DNA of 64,000 bases from Octopus vulgaris (Eukaryota), in contig OX597814.1 in NCBI GenBank assembly GCA_951406725.2, forward strand, positions 137,640,001 through 137,704,000, in the 5' to 3' direction. The notes under the pieces are model-generated. The model ran no database searches. It saw nothing but the letters and a program-made list of their open reading frames with translations, and was not told the DNA's origin. Of the stretch, positions 26,856 to 40,629 are shown one piece after another (positions within the stretch are counted from its first letter, which is position 1; the number at the start of each line of letters is the position of its first letter). The position numbers were made by a program, and so were the translations under genes.

Positions 26856-27019
26856 CTTTTGAAGTCCCTTGCATTATCTAGTGGATCAGCGGGCCGTAAA
26901 TCTGTTACTGAGGAAAGTTTTGATTCCGCTCAACCCTCTTATATTTTACCATATCGCACACAGGAAAGTAATGTTTGGCAAACTTGCTTAACATATACTA
27001 ATGAAGAATTACCTAACAT
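26856..27019 (+). CDS. Arrestin-domain gene exon (LLKSLALSSGSAGRKSVTEESFDSAQPSYILPYRTQESNVWQTCLTYTNEELPN)
   Basis: ctaat branch-like site, tttcag| acceptor, |GTGAGT donor, 164 nt open, phase 0-2. Confidence 0.85.
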
Positions 27020-27107
27020 GTGAGTTTACTTATTTTTTAATTAACTAATTTCTACTCTTGTTTCCTTTGAAATCCATCAATATGTAGCCAGCTTTTTCTC
27101 ATTTTGT

Positions 27108-27334
27108 ACTCTCTTACTCTTTACTCTTTTACTTGTTAGTCATTTGACTGCGGCCATGCTGGAGCACCGCCTTTAGTCGAGCAAATCGACCCCGGGACTT
27201 ATTCTTTGTAAGCCCAGTACTTATTCTATCGGTCTCTTTTGCCGAACCGCTAAGTGACGGGGACGTAAACACACCAGCATCGGTTGTCAAGCAATACTAG
27301 GGGGTCAAACACAGACACACAAACATATACACAC

Positions 27335-27365
<31 letters not shown>

Positions 27366-27530
27366 CGACAGGCTTCTTTTAGTTTCCGTCTACCAAATCC
27401 ACTCACAAGGCATTGGTCGGCCTGGGGCTATAGCAGAAGACACTTGCCCAAGATGCCATGCAGTGGGACTGAACCCGGAACCATATGGTTGGTAAGCAAG
27501 CTACTTACCACACAGCCACTCCTGCGCCTA
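27108..27530 (-). mobile_element. SINE family A, full length, young
   Basis: Minus strand starts aggcgcaggagtggctgtgtggtaag..gggttcagtccc (pol III A/B boxes); internal (CA)(TA) tract; gagtaaaa-repeat tail. Confidence 0.93.
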
Positions 27531-28479
27531 TTTACTTTATTTGCATATTAGTAGGGGGAAAGAAAAACTAACTGGGAAATTGTGTAAATATGGGTCTGCT
27601 AAGCAGTGGGTTTTGATACATCAAAAATGGGAGCTTAAATAATAAGATAATCATTATTTCATTTTGTTTCTGTGAACTTTACTGAAGCAGGTATACCTAT
27701 ACCTATTAATATTGGCTTCAAATTTTTGGCATAAGACCATCAATTTTGAGAAGGTTCTTATTTTATCTGAAAGGCAAAGTGGTCCTTGGTGCAATTTGAA
27801 CCCAGAATGTAAAGAAGGATGAAATGCCACTCATAATTTTGCTTGGTGTGCTAACGATTATGGTAGGTTACCACCTTCCTGTACCTATTAATATTAAGTT
27901 GGATATGGATAACTGTAAAAAAACCCACATAAACACAAATAAAATATCTCCCCGCTCCAACATGTGCACATTGGTACTCAATTATATTTATAATAATTTA
28001 TATAAATTATAATTTATATTCATTCATAATTATTAATGGAACTTAATATAATCAAACCTCATATTAGTTCAAATATGTATGAGAAATATTTGAATCTGTA
28101 AACAGCTTTTCACTTTAGTTTATCACGGAGATTAAAATTCTCTCTCACTTAAGACAAAAAAAGTGGAAAAGCACCATATTCAGCTTAAAATGCCCTCTAT
28201 TGGACTGATGGATACATAAACTAATTTTGTTCTCAGTTCAATATATCAAAGAGAAGCAAATCTGAACTGATGAAGTAGCTTAGCTTCTCTTATAAGAAAG
28301 CCATTGAAAATATTGACTGGTGGCACATATCAGCTGCCAGGCCATAGAAAATTTATAAGTAGATGCATGAAGCAGTGACTGAGAGTAAACCAAGCTTGAT
28401 TGTAGTTCAAATATGTTTAAAAGAATCTTCTTAAATTTAACATAACTAACACATTGCATTCATTTGTTTTCTCTTACAG

Positions 28480-28543
28480 ACCTCTTGAAATTAAAATACC
28501 TCTAAAAGACTTATCACCCACCACCAGCACTGAGATTATTCAG
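28480..28543 (+). CDS. Arrestin-domain gene exon (IPLEIKIPLKDLSPTTSTEIIQ); probable GC donor
   Basis: ctaac branch point, ttacag| acceptor; 'l.IP....PT....II' Arrestin_C motif; donor CAG|GCAAAC or weaker in-frame TTT|GTAGCA after 28564. Confidence 0.8.
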
Positions 28544-28850
28544 GCAAACAACATTTCTATTTTTGTAGCAAACATTTATGCATACATGAACATCTTCTTG
28601 CACAAGATTAATTGTTGACAGTAGCTTTTTTTTAAATTACATCTTTAGTATATTATAGGTTTCTATGAATAGGTTTCTTTCAGTTTCCATCTACCAAATC
28701 CAATCGTAAGTCAACCCAGCAATGTAGTACAAGATATTCACATACGGTACCACACTGTGGGACTGAGCTTGCAAGTGGTTGGGAAGTAAACTAAATACCA
28801 CAGAGACATGACTGCATATTTATGTACACACACACACACACACACACACA

Positions 28851-28928
<78 letters not shown>

Positions 28929-29015
28929 ACAAAGAATGAACATAAAAAAAAAAAAAACGTGAGGATGTGGTACATGTAAAGTATTAGCAGACGCTCAGGG
29001 AAGGAAAGAAAGGTG

Positions 29016-29053
29016 GTTTTACTACATTTCGAGCAAAGCTCTTCTTCAGAAAC
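29016..29053 (-). ncRNA. Minimal hammerhead-like motif, partly decayed
   Basis: Minus strand GTTT-CTGAAGA-A-GAGC-TTT-GCTC-GAAA-TGTA-GTA|AAAC. Confidence 0.6.
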
Positions 29054-29310
29054 AGAAGACAAAAGAATGTCCAAGAGAAAAGGAAGATAGAAGAAAAAAG
29101 AAATCGCCAACGATTCACATGTGGTTAGACTTTGAAATGACTGGAAGGGAATGGGTGAAGAAAAAGTTCTTTCTAAGACAGGAGAGTGTAAGAGAAGGAG
29201 GTGTGTGTGTAATAGCATGTGTGTGTGTGTGTGTGTATGTGTTGTGTGTGTGGTGTTACACCAACTTGAGTTGAAAATTTTGGGAGCATGCACCACTTAC
29301 TAATGTAGCA

Positions 29311-29462
29311 CACAGTGTGGCTCTGTGATAAGAAGCTTGCTTCCCAGCCACATGGTTCAGGGTTCAGTCCCACTGTGTGGCACCTTGGGTAAGTGTCTTC
29401 TGCTATAGCCTCAGGTTGACCAAAGCCTTGTGATCGGATTTGGTAGACAGAAGATGAAAGAA

Positions 29463-29503
<41 letters not shown>

Positions 29504-29714
29504 TTCTCTTTTCTCTTTTACTTGTTTCAGTCATTTGACTGCGGCCATGCTGGAGCACTGCCTTTAATCGAGCAACTCGACCCTGGGACTTATTCTTTTG
29601 TAAACCCAGTACTTATTCTATCGGTCTCTTTTGCCGAACCGCTATGTAATGGGGACATAAACACACCAGCATCAGTTGTCAAGCAATGCTAGGGGGACAA
29701 ACACAGACACACAA

Positions 29715-29745
<31 letters not shown>

Positions 29746-29917
29746 CATATATACTACGGGCTTCTTTCAGTTTCCGTCTACCAAATCCACTCACAAAGCT
29801 TTGGTTGGCCCAAGGCTATAGTAGAAGACACTTGCCCAAGGTGCCACACAGTGGGACTGAACCCGGAACCTTGTGGTTGGTAAACAAGCTACTTACCACA
29901 CAGCCACTCCTGCGCCA
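29311..29917. mobile_element. Inverted pair of SINE A copies (5' half on plus 29311-29466; full copy on minus 29502-29917)
   Basis: Both match family A in opposite orientations. Confidence 0.88.
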
Positions 29918-29925
29918 TACATATA

Positions 29926-30624
29926 CAAGGGAGAGTCAAAATTATATGCACTCTTGTTTTTTCAATGTATTTACACAAAAGCAGGGGACAAACAAGTATG
30001 TCATTTTTCTATATAGTCTCCTTCCTTTTTGATGCACTTGGTCCAGCAGTCCACAAGCTTGTGTATTCCCTCCGAGAAGGTGTTTAGTTTGTTGTGCAAC
30101 CATTTATGCACCACTTCCTTCACATCTTCATCCATAGGAAATCGACAACATTGTAAACCATCTTTGAGTGGTCCAAAGATATGATAGTTGGAAGGGGCAA
30201 GATCTGGGCTGTAGGCAGGGTGTTCCAGCACCTCAAGACCCAATTGGTTAATGGTTTCAACAGTTTGGGTGGCTGTGTGTGGGCATGCATTGTCATGCAA
30301 CAACAAAACTTCCTTCAATAACAGGCTTCGTCGTTTGGTGCAAATTGCTGGCTTCAGTTTGTTGGTCAGTAAAGCACTTTTGATCATACACCTCTTCCGA
30401 CCAGAGAAATTGGATCACTGCTCTTTGTTCTTCTTTGGTGCATATTGCTAGTGGAGCAGCCATGCTAACACTTTAAAGCCAAAAAGAAAAATGGTGCGAA
30501 CAGGCTCAACTTCAATCATGTGACCACAATAGTACCAACTATAAGCATGCATGTGCAGAAGGCAGTGTGACAATAATAAAGATATGTTATGATGAAAGTG
30601 CAGATAATTTTTGACTTCCCCTCG
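29926..30624 (-). mobile_element. Internally deleted mariner
   Basis: TA-flanked TIRs caagggagagtcaaaattat / ataatttttgacttcccctcg; ORF 30001-30387 with LLHDNACPH and HPAYSPDLAPSNYHIFG. Confidence 0.92.
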
Positions 30625-30885
30625 TATATATATGTGTGTGCGTCTTTGAGTCTGTGTTTGTCTCCCCACCACCACTTGGCAATCAGTGTCGGTGTGTTTG
30701 CATCTCCGTAACCTGGCCAGTTTGGCAAAAGACACTGATAGAATAAGTACCAGGCTTAAAGAATAAGTATTTTGGGTCGATTCATTCAACTAAAAATTCA
30801 AGGTGGTACCCCAGCATGGTCACAGTCCAATGACTGAAACAAGTAAAATATAAAAGTTATATATATATATATATATATATATCTT

Positions 30886-31022
30886 CAAGGTGGGTCAAAA
30901 AGTCATGCACAAAATGAGTTCAATACAGCCTGGTATTGTCAGACATGCTTCAATTTATCTAAAATTGAATAAAATAATGATGAATACACATATACTTGTT
31001 GACAATGAACAAGATGATTAAA

Positions 31023-31060
<38 letters not shown>

Positions 31061-31120
31061 CAACAACATTAATAAAGTGAAATGCCAGATCTTTTGGTGC
31101 CTGACTTTTGGCCCACCCTG
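30886..31120. mobile_element. Tc1/mariner-like MITE
   Basis: TIRs caaggtgggtcaaaagtca / tgacttttggcccaccctg, right TA flank. Confidence 0.7.
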
Positions 31121-31253
31121 TATATACAATGATCATTTTTTTAATGGCCTTTGGCCAGGCCTTGTGTATTGTGTGTGTGTGTGTGTAGTTTAAGTAACAG
31201 TAAATGCCTGTCAGTATAACTTTTACTTTTTATATATATATTTTTTTAAACAG

Positions 31254-31352
31254 TGTTTCTATAAAGTGAAAATACATATAACTCTACAGAACAATAAATC
31301 AGTTCAGCTTGATGTGCCTGGACCCTATGTACTATCTCCCCTCGATGAAAAG
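31254..31352 (+). CDS. Arrestin-domain gene exon (CFYKVKIHITLQNNKSVQLDVPGPYVLSPLDEK)
   Basis: aaacag| acceptor, AAG|GTAAGT donor, phase 0-0; 'Y.v.i...l.vP' end of Arrestin_C. Confidence 0.9.
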
Positions 31353-31572
31353 GTAAGTTACAACATTCACTTATACTATTCAGCAACAGACTAACATTTA
31401 TTTGAAGTTCCTATTGGAATGTAGCAAGTATACATCTATGCCTCACATCTATATTTTATTTTGGTCAGTAAGGGCATCAAAACTATTCAACCAGAGATTG
31501 CTGTGTGTGTCACTTACATACAATGTTGATGACAATAATGTTTTCATTTCTCACAACACTTTTATTCATTAA

Positions 31573-31793
31573 CCCTTTCGTTACTGTATTTATTTTAAGA
31601 TACTCTGTGTTTGTTTCAATTAATTTTAAATATAACAAACAATTTAGTAAAATAACTTAGTTATCATTCAGCTAGTGTTAGGAACATAAATTGTAACTAA
31701 GGTTTGGTGGAAGATTTTAATTCAAAACTTATGAAAACAAGACATTTGTACTCAGAGCCAGAACCGGTTTCAGCCGGGTTGGTAACGAAAGCG
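31573..31793. mobile_element. piggyBac-like MITE
   Basis: TTAA|ccctttcgttac ... gtaacgaaagcg|TTAA. Confidence 0.8.
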
Positions 31794-32384
31794 TTAATGA
31801 CTGTCTTAGTCTTTCTTAACCTTCTTCATGCTGGGATCATCCACAAACAACTTAGATATTTCAAACTAGACTTGCTAGATACTTTTAAAAAATGCCCTCC
31901 ACAGAAGAATTAGACAACTAAGTCTTCTTTTAACAACATCAAGACACAATTTAATGTACATATTAAGGAAACGGACTTGAACATCACACTATCTAGTCAT
32001 GAACAACATACAACAAAAATCTTCAAAGTTACTATAAACACAAAGTCTTACAATCTTTAACAATTTTTCATAATAATAATGAAATTATTGTATACAGTGC
32101 TCAGGTGCACCACAACTTGTCAAAAAGTACGTATAAAGTATATGCTGTAATATACAAATGTCTGGAAAGTGAACAGTGTATGAGTCAGATACATGCTTGC
32201 ATGTGTATGGAGGGGAGAAAATCAGGTGTAGTGTTGGTGAATCTCAGGAAGCATGGAGGTTTTGAAGTCATGATAATCTTAGATATATAAAAAATTATGC
32301 TCTGCAAAAACTAGGTTTCCTCTTTGAACTAGAAAGTACATCAGCTTTGAACTCTACAAAATTCAAATATCACTCGTATTGGAG

Positions 32385-32752
32385 TACAGCTCAGCACCAT
32401 TTCAGTGTGATCAATGCCAGTGCTGCCTGACTGGTCCCATGCCAGTGGCACATAAAAAGCACCATTCAAGTGTGGTTGTTGCCAATGCCACCTGACTGGT
32501 TCCCGAGCTAGTGGCATGTAAAAAGCACCATTCAAGCACAGTTGATGCCAGTACTGCCTGACTGGCTCTCATGCCGGTGGCACATAAAAAGCACCCACTA
32601 CACTCTCGATTTTTTTTTTTATTTATTTTTGGCGGTTGTAAACTTTGCCAGATCAGATTGGAGCCTGGTGCAGCCTTCTGGCTTGCCAGCCCTCAGTCAA
32701 ACCATCCAACCCATGTCAGCATGGAAAACGAACATTAAATGATGATGATGAC
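32385..32752 (+). mobile_element. Decayed RTE 3' UTR fragment with tandem units
   Basis: Diverged gccagtggcacataaaaagcacc units and (GAT)n end. Confidence 0.75.
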
Positions 32753-34983
32753 ATCTGACTGAATCTATAGCTGATTGCTATAGATTCACTCACTACTGTG
32801 TTCAGTCGCTAACAGAGACACTGTTTCTTTTGTGTGTTTCTTCTACTGTTACTACAACTTTCTGATCTTCTGAAGTAGCTAGTTCTATACTCCTCCTACC
32901 TAAATATACTTAAGTTGGCAGCAAATTAGTTGCACTGTTAGAGCACAAGTTCAAGACAAAATATGACATCTGTTCCTATTCTCTGTGCTCTAAATTCAAA
33001 TTCTACCTTGCCTTTCATTCTCCCTGGATCAGCAAAATAAAATCCAGTTTAGGACAGTAAATTGGCAAAATTGTTAGAGTGTGGGACTGAATAGACTGGA
33101 TATAGGTTCAAAACAATGGTCCCTCTGTGACCAGCTATAACTTTTAACTTCCTTAAATATTATACACCTTCTCTTACAACTAAGTTCTGTTCTGACTCAC
33201 ATGTTGTAAGTCAATCTGATTGTATTTCAGATTTATATTTTTCAATACTATTTTCATTCAAATGCAACTGATGCTTGAAAGTGACTGAGTGAGAGATAGT
33301 AGCAGGCAGTAGATGCTTGGGTTTGAGGGAGGCCTGCGTTGCCAGATGCTGGCATAGTTATTATGCATGCAGCTGCCCTATGTCCAAAAATCGATTTTTT
33401 TATTTATTTATTTTTTTGCAGTCGTAAGTTGCATAGATTGTAAGTCGAGAAGGTGTATATATAAAGTCATACAGAATAAAAGGAAAGCTCCTGGAATAGA
33501 CTGGGCCATAACTCAATAGAAGCAGACGGTGCAAACTTTGCTTGGCTGAGAGGGCAAATATCCTAAAAAATTCACTCAATCTGGGCACCTTGTTAAATTC
33601 AGAAAGTGAAGCTTTTAGTCAGTGTCCTTATGGTAGAAAATTCTTTCTGGAAATGTGGGCTACCCTGCTTGCTGACTAGTGAATGGAAAACGTACATAAA
33701 CTGACCCTTTTCGAGTACTGTTGGAATCATTCAAAGGGTAGTAACTCTATATTTTCCAGAATGGTTTTATTGTTTAAAAAAAAATTTTTGTAGTTTCAAG
33801 TGGGTTTTATTTTCACACAAAGCTGACCAAGATTGTATTTTTACTCCCAAGAGCAAGTCACCTATATTGCTAAGTGCAATAATAGACATGAAACCAATGG
33901 TAACTTTCTAACTGGCCATAACCAATGACTACATAAAATATATGTGCATGGATATGTGTGTGTTGTGTATCTTTGTGTCTATGTTTGCACCCCATCATTG
34001 CTTGTCAACCAGTGTTTGCTTGATTATGTCCTGGTAACTTAGTGACTTGGCTAGGAGAGATTGATAGAATAAGTACCATGCTTAGAAAATAAAATAAGCT
34101 CTGGGTTGATTTGTTCAGCTAAAACCCTTTAAGGCAGTGCCCCAGCATGGTAACGGTCTAAAGAATGAAACAAATAAAGGACAAAAGATTAAATCTTTTG
34201 TCTTTGACCACAATTGATAGGGACAAATCTGTAAACTTTTGGATATCTAGTTCGAGACACTATATCTAATTTAGAAAGTAAGACCTAAACCATTAATTGA
34301 CATTGACATTTATTATTTTGTTTTATATTTTGTTTTAATAATGCCTTTCATTTTTCAAGTGTGTAATATTAAGAAAGCTTAAGGCAGTGAGATGGCAGAA
34401 TTGTTAACATGCCAGGCAAAATGCTTAGCGGTATTTCATGTCTTTACGTTCTGAGTTCAAATTCCTCCATAGTCAACTTTTCCTTTCAGGTTTGATAAAG
34501 TAAGTACCAGTTGAACATTGGGGTCAATGTAATCAACTTATCCCTCCCCTGAAATTGCTGGCCTTGTGCCAAAATTTAAAACCAATATTAAGTAAACTTG
34601 ATAAAACATTTCATTTCCCCTAAAAGTGAAATGGATTTATCCAGTGGATTACTTTTAGATACAATAACACTCCTAGGTATGACCTTAACCTGTAGTGGGT
34701 CCCTGGCTTGTGAGTTCCAAGGTTTTGAAGCATGTGGAACCACCTCTTAGCCATTATTGCTCCCAGGTCTGCTCTGACCTAGAGTAGTACCACATGTTAG
34801 GGTCCCAGCTATGGATTAATTAGCATGTCATGGAATTACCTTTGGAAGAAAGACCCTCACAGACACCCCTATGGACCTAGAGCAAGTGGGGCCTTTCAGC
34901 TCTTTAACTGCTCATTGAAAAAAAGATAACTCCATAGCTAATCCTGCATCCAGATAACCATTCTTTTCTTTTTTATTTTCTAG

Positions 34984-35083
34984 TGGTGTAATCGGATATG
35001 TCCAGATTGGATGAACAAAGGAAAAACAACCTTACCAAATGTCTCTCTTGGAGAAAATTTTAGGGTTTCTAGAAGACTCTTAT
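34984..35083 (+). CDS. Arrestin-domain gene C-tail exon (WCNRICPDWMNKGKTTLPNVSLGENFRVSRRLL)
   Basis: Strong pyrimidine tract + tag|, |GTAAGA donor, phase 0-1, open; no domain motif for independent support. Confidence 0.75.
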
Positions 35084-36289
35084 GTAAGATTTAACTATTT
35101 ACTTGGTAATTGTTTAACTGCACCTCCATGCATGTTCACACATTACATTCACCACTACCTCCATCTTTCACCTGTTACTTGCCCTCACTCTCTGTGACAG
35201 CATCTGGTCTCTCCTCCCCACCTATGACCCACTGTCTTTATCCTCTCATGCCCACCTACTTGTACCTTGAGAATTTGTTCTGGCATTCAATCACAACCTT
35301 CCTTTATCTCCTTCTCAATTACTCCCTCCCATCTCTATATATAATGGGGAGTAGTCATGTATCTCCTCTATAGCAAGACACCTGTGCTTGTCCTTCTATC
35401 TTACTTTAGCCTTTCAACATATAACCACCTTCTCCTCTCAAATGCTCCCCATTTAGTTGTGGGATTTTAGCTTTTGCTCTCCTTAATCTTCTTCTGTTTT
35501 TCTGCAAGTTACTTTGCAACCTCTTTAGTGCCACTAGTATGAAAAAAATTAAGCTCCCAGTACACTCTGTAAAATGGTTAGCATTACAAAGAGCATCCAG
35601 CTGTAGAAACCATGCCAAAGCTAGCATTGGAGCCTGACATGGCATTACAACTCTGTGGAACATGTGAAACCATTTAACTCATGCCAGTATAGAAAGCTAG
35701 GTGTCTCAAAAAGTGCATCCGGTACATTCTGTAAAGTGGTTGGCATTAGGGTGGGGTATTCAACCATAGAAACCATGCTAAAGCAGACACTAGTGCATGA
35801 TGTAATCCTCAGACTGTCAAATCATCCGACTCATGGCAGCATGGAAGATGGACTAAAAAAAAGTGATGATGATATATATATAACATGGGCTTTGTAAAGG
35901 AATAGATAAAAGTGTTTATAAGTGACCCATTAAACTTGTTGGAGATTAGCATTCTAGTGCTGTTTATACTGTAGATGGGGTTGTGCTAGAAAGTATTGTA
36001 CCTTACCCAAAACGAAGGAACAAATGAAAATAACATGGTTTACAGAAGACTTTGGTTTGGCTGAGGACAATTTATCTGATGCCAATGGCATTGTGAAGTG
36101 AATCCGGTGTATGTGATAAAGCAGTTTGTATTAGAAAGGGCATCTTGTTACATTAAAAGGGATAAATGAAGACAATATGAGGTAGAGAGTACTTTTTGGT
36201 GTGACATAGACAACGTCTATCATATTCATCGCATGATGAAATGCACTTTGTAAAGTGGTTGGTGATAGAAAGTCATCCAGCCATAAAAC

Positions 36290-36990
36290 CATGTAATAAA
36301 TAACTTACATACCAATTTTGCTGATTTTTCTGTAATGTGTGTTAGATTTTGAAGGAACATAAGTTTGGAGATGCTATCAAAAATCTTTTGTCTGATATAA
36401 AGTAGTTTCTTATTATTCTGTATATGGCATATTCTCAAGAGTTTTTGAAAGGTGAGATGTGCCACAGATCTGTAATTGTTTATCCTTTGTCTTGATCTCT
36501 GGCATCACTTTAGTTTTGGCTGCATAGCTGCTGAATATATTTTTGCCTATGTCTACACTACAAGGAACAAGAAGAGACTCAGAATTATACTTCATAGTAC
36601 TCTACTCATTACTGCAGACTTTCTTGATTGAACTTTGTTGGATGCCAACATTTAACTTCAGTCTTTCAGAAAATCATAGATCTGAATGTGCAATGTTTCA
36701 ATTATGCTAAAATTTTTCTGCTGGTGAGATAAGATTCTATGGTTGTCAAAGGCTTTGGCAAAGTCAAAGAATATTGGAGACATCTCATGATGTAGATGAC
36801 AAACTGTTCAGAATTTAGATGTGTTTATTGTAGAAGTAGTGTCAGACAGTTTCTTGTTGGACAAAAACCAAGTTTGGAATTATCAAAAATCTTTTGTTGA
36901 TATAAATAGTTTCTTATTATTCTGCATATGATATTCTCAAGAGTTTTTGAAAGGTGAGATGTGCCACAGATCTGTAATTATTTATCTGTG
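36290..36990 (-). mobile_element. Decayed CR1-like LINE fragment with local direct duplication
   Basis: SYAAKTKV (YADDTK-like) on minus; about 36360-36485 recurs at about 36870-36985. Confidence 0.55.
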
Positions 36991-37612
36991 TTCTTGTTTC
37001 CTTTATAAATCAGTACTGTTATAATAGCTTCTTACCACATTTCTCATAGTTGTCTAGCATCTAAATATCTTTGACAGATTATTTTCATAGAACTAACAAG
37101 ACTGACTTTGCAAGATTTTAGAAATAAAGCTGAAAGTCAATCTGGTTTGGAAACTGAGTTTATATCAAGACAGCTTATTAAATTGATTACGTTCAGTTAA
37201 CTTTATATCTATTAGGTTATTGACAGATGGAATATATCAGTATGTTCAATATACTGCTCTTTCTCTGTCTGAGAAAAGATGCTTGCAGTCTAAGCATATG
37301 GCAAATTCAAAAACAGTAATCCATACACATACCATTTGGACATTGAACCAGACTGGTTTTTAATTTTAAGATGAGAAGGTCATATGCAGAGTGGTAACAC
37401 AAAACTTAAAGTAATGATAGTATGCAATCTCAGTTTTAAATGTGGTTATTATATCCTTTTATCCTTTCCAGGTTGATAAAAATAAAGTATTTTTGGGGGA
37501 GTAGGGGTTGATACATTCCTCTAAATAGTATGGCCTTGTGCCAATCTTAGAAATCAGTAAAATTATGTTTAATTTAGATGACTAAATTTGTAATATTTTT
37601 GTTTGATTTCAG

Positions 37613-37653
37613 ATGAAGAATTTTTTGGACTTCCAGGATTTTTACCATTGTGA
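37613..37653 (+). CDS. Arrestin-domain gene terminal coding exon (YEEFFGLPGFLPL*)
   Basis: tttcag| acceptor, phase 1 matches the previous donor, TGA at 37651-37653, followed by non-repetitive AT-rich UTR-like DNA. Confidence 0.7.
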
Positions 37654-37911
37654 CATTATCACCCATATTTTCGTGCAAACCCTTTTTGATACTCCAAGAA
37701 AGCAGTTTTTGTAACTGACATTTAATGACAAGATCTATTTATATATTTATACATAGATATTTAAAAATTGTTTTCTTTGCTTACACACGCATTTCACTTT
37801 GTTAACATGTAACAGAGTTACAATGTCAAATCACTTTCTAATGGATCTCACATGACTCATATATATTCTTTATGTTCTATCATGAAATGTAGCATACATT
37901 CCTATTATATA

Positions 37912-37917
37912 AATAAA
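37912..37917 (+). terminator. Candidate polyadenylation signal of the arrestin-domain gene
   Basis: AATAAA about 260 nt after the stop, followed by a GT-rich tract; AT-rich background lowers specificity. Confidence 0.4.
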
Positions 37918-39039
37918 TAATTCCATTTGTTGTTGAATCCCAGGTCAGCTTTGAGTGAGCAGACCTAGAGTGAAAAATATTCCAGCTCTGACCATCCAGT
38001 CTTTCTTTCAGATATATACATTAACTAAGTCATTCATAAATTATGACCCCTCCTATTCGTTTAATGCTGACATATTTATATTCTAATTAGTTTCCATTGT
38101 TGTTTCTCTTATGAGATCATATATAAATGTTAAATATATCTCATAAGTTGTAAGGGAATTTTTAAGTGTAGGTTACTTTCACAAGGTTTTATGACATAAA
38201 ATGGATGAGTGACAATTTTTTTCGAATTAAACTATTGGTTTATTTAACTTGGAGTCAAATTTCACTCAAATCACACCTTACCATCCTAAAAATATAAAGA
38301 TTGCAACATGCTGTCTTAGATAAAGTATGTTTGAAGAAAAAAAGGGATGTTCATAGCTGGAATGCTTTTGATCATAAGTCTGCTGGATCAATACTGGCCT
38401 GGGACTAATCAACACTAATAACAATTTCACAAGTAACATTCCCAGAAAATCTCATGCATATTTCCAACAGAAATATAAATATTCTGCCCAGAGTCACAAT
38501 GAAATGACAGAAGCAAAATTAAACACATGATCTATAAGTTTGTAGTCTAATACATTATCCACCCTACCATTCTATCACTATGTAAGGTGCTATAGTCAAG
38601 AGAAAAATGATAGATACTTGAAAATGCCATTCTTTGTTAATAATAATGATTAAACAAGAATGTATTATCTCTGATGCTTGGGTTAGCAAAACCATTACCA
38701 GTTTCTTTAAAAGTAGGGGTGACATAGCAAAGATAAGTAAATCATAGATTTTTATAAAAGAGTTTTAAAAAGTAATAGTTGTAGAGAGAAAGTATTTGCT
38801 AAATTAGATAATATAGCAGATTGTTTCTATAGGGATAGGATGTCACAGATGTCCTTTTTCTAGTGAATTTTAAGAAAAACTACTTAGCAAAGAACAGTTT
38901 GCATTTTTCTGTAAAATGCAGGTTACATGCCTATTTGACAATATGAGGAAGCTACATATGGACAAGTAGTTTTAAGGATGTCTTGAAGTTATAATCAAAA
39001 CCCTCTCATTACACAGCCACAACAACAACAAGTATAAAT

Positions 39040-39780
39040 TATGATGATGATATTACTCTCTTCGCAGGCACCATCTAAGATGCTACCTTCCTTCTGCATG
39101 ACTTTGAAAAAATGGTAGCAGATATTAGTAGATAGGTCAATATCTCAATATTTCTGCTACTATCAGGAGGGATCAATAGGCACAATCACACAATACCTTG
39201 TAAAATTTATAGACTCCTTTGTATATAGGAAATAACATCACATCCACAGCTAATAAAGTAAAAACAAATGTCCTCTGAAAGCATGGGCTATTTTTGGTTT
39301 TAGTGTCATTTGGAAGTTATCACTTCCTGATGATCTTAAAAGAAGCTTCTTCTATGCCACTTCTGAATCAGTGCTTTTGTACAGGTCCACAACCTGGACA
39401 CTTTCTAAGCACCTGAAAACAAGGCTTAATGGCTATCACACCTGCCTATTATGGGTAGTTCTGAATGTTTCATTGAAAAAGCATTCATCCAAACAAAGAC
39501 CATATGGCTGTCTTCATGCAATTTCCAATATCATTAGAGAGAAAAGCATGTGTTTTGCAGGACATTGTTGGAGAGCTAAACAAAAACCTATTAATGATAC
39601 ATTCCTATGGACATCTTGACACAGATATACATGTGTTGGCCATTCAGCAAAATCCTTCATCAACCAGCTTTGTATAGGTACTAGATGTTGCCCTGTCGAT
39701 TTCCTGAATACCATGTGGTATTATGTATGATTGGTGGTATGATTGAGTCACAAAGATCTGAATAAGCTTGACTAGATGAT
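39040..39780 (+). mobile_element. Decayed RTE-like LINE 3' fragment
   Basis: ESVLLYRSTTWTL, FAGHCWRAKQ remnants. Confidence 0.7.
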
Positions 39781-40629
39781 TGACCAAATGATCTAAAGAT
39801 AGCAAAAGGAAGATTAAGATAATATTAAAAACTTCATTAGTAGCTGTTACATTATGAGTTTGACTTTATAAATCAAGAAGAAATAGTTCACTACTTTAGA
39901 TGTATCACATACACTAATCTAATGAACTGTGCAAAGAACTAATGACTAAATACCCAGAGTTACCCCTATGATTTTATAGAAATAGCTATGTTACTTAGGT
40001 AATCTAATTAGAGGACTTACTTTGACTAACGAGGAACTAATCGAGCTTGATTAGTTGTGTGTGATAATGCTGATAATATATGTTGCTTTTTGAAAGAGGA
40101 AATATATCTGTCTGTCTATCTATATATATGTGTGTGTGTGTATATATATATGTATATATATCAAAGACCAGTTTCACTCCTTGTTCTGTTTTCATTTAAT
40201 TTAATTTTTAATTGAATAAAATTTTGAAGTTTTCTCCCTTTTCTTCTTTGAAGAAAATTGTCAGTTATGCTGATGACTTTTTTTTCATTGTGGGTTTAAT
40301 TTTAACTGATGAGAAATCACTTCTTGGTTCATAAAATATGTTAGCCTGCATGTAACCACCTAACTTTATGTCTACTTTCAAAAGAGCCTTGTGATGGAAA
40401 TTCAGATCTTGAAAGTATAAAACCTCTGACCATATATTCTGCATTGATAACTATAAACAAGTAGCAATCTGTCTTCCAAGTTATCTCTAGCTGATCTCCT
40501 AATGGTTACTAAATACATAATTTTACATGCAAACTCTGAAATTGGTCTGTCAAAATAAAAAAAAAATTTATAATGTTAATAAATTGAAGAGATTTCAAGT
40601 TAGCTGTTTTAGTGGTTTTGATGTTGATA

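Noticed and set aside
40305-40345. CTGATGAG motif as a hammerhead
   Set aside because: GAAA and stem pairing are too degraded to support a call.
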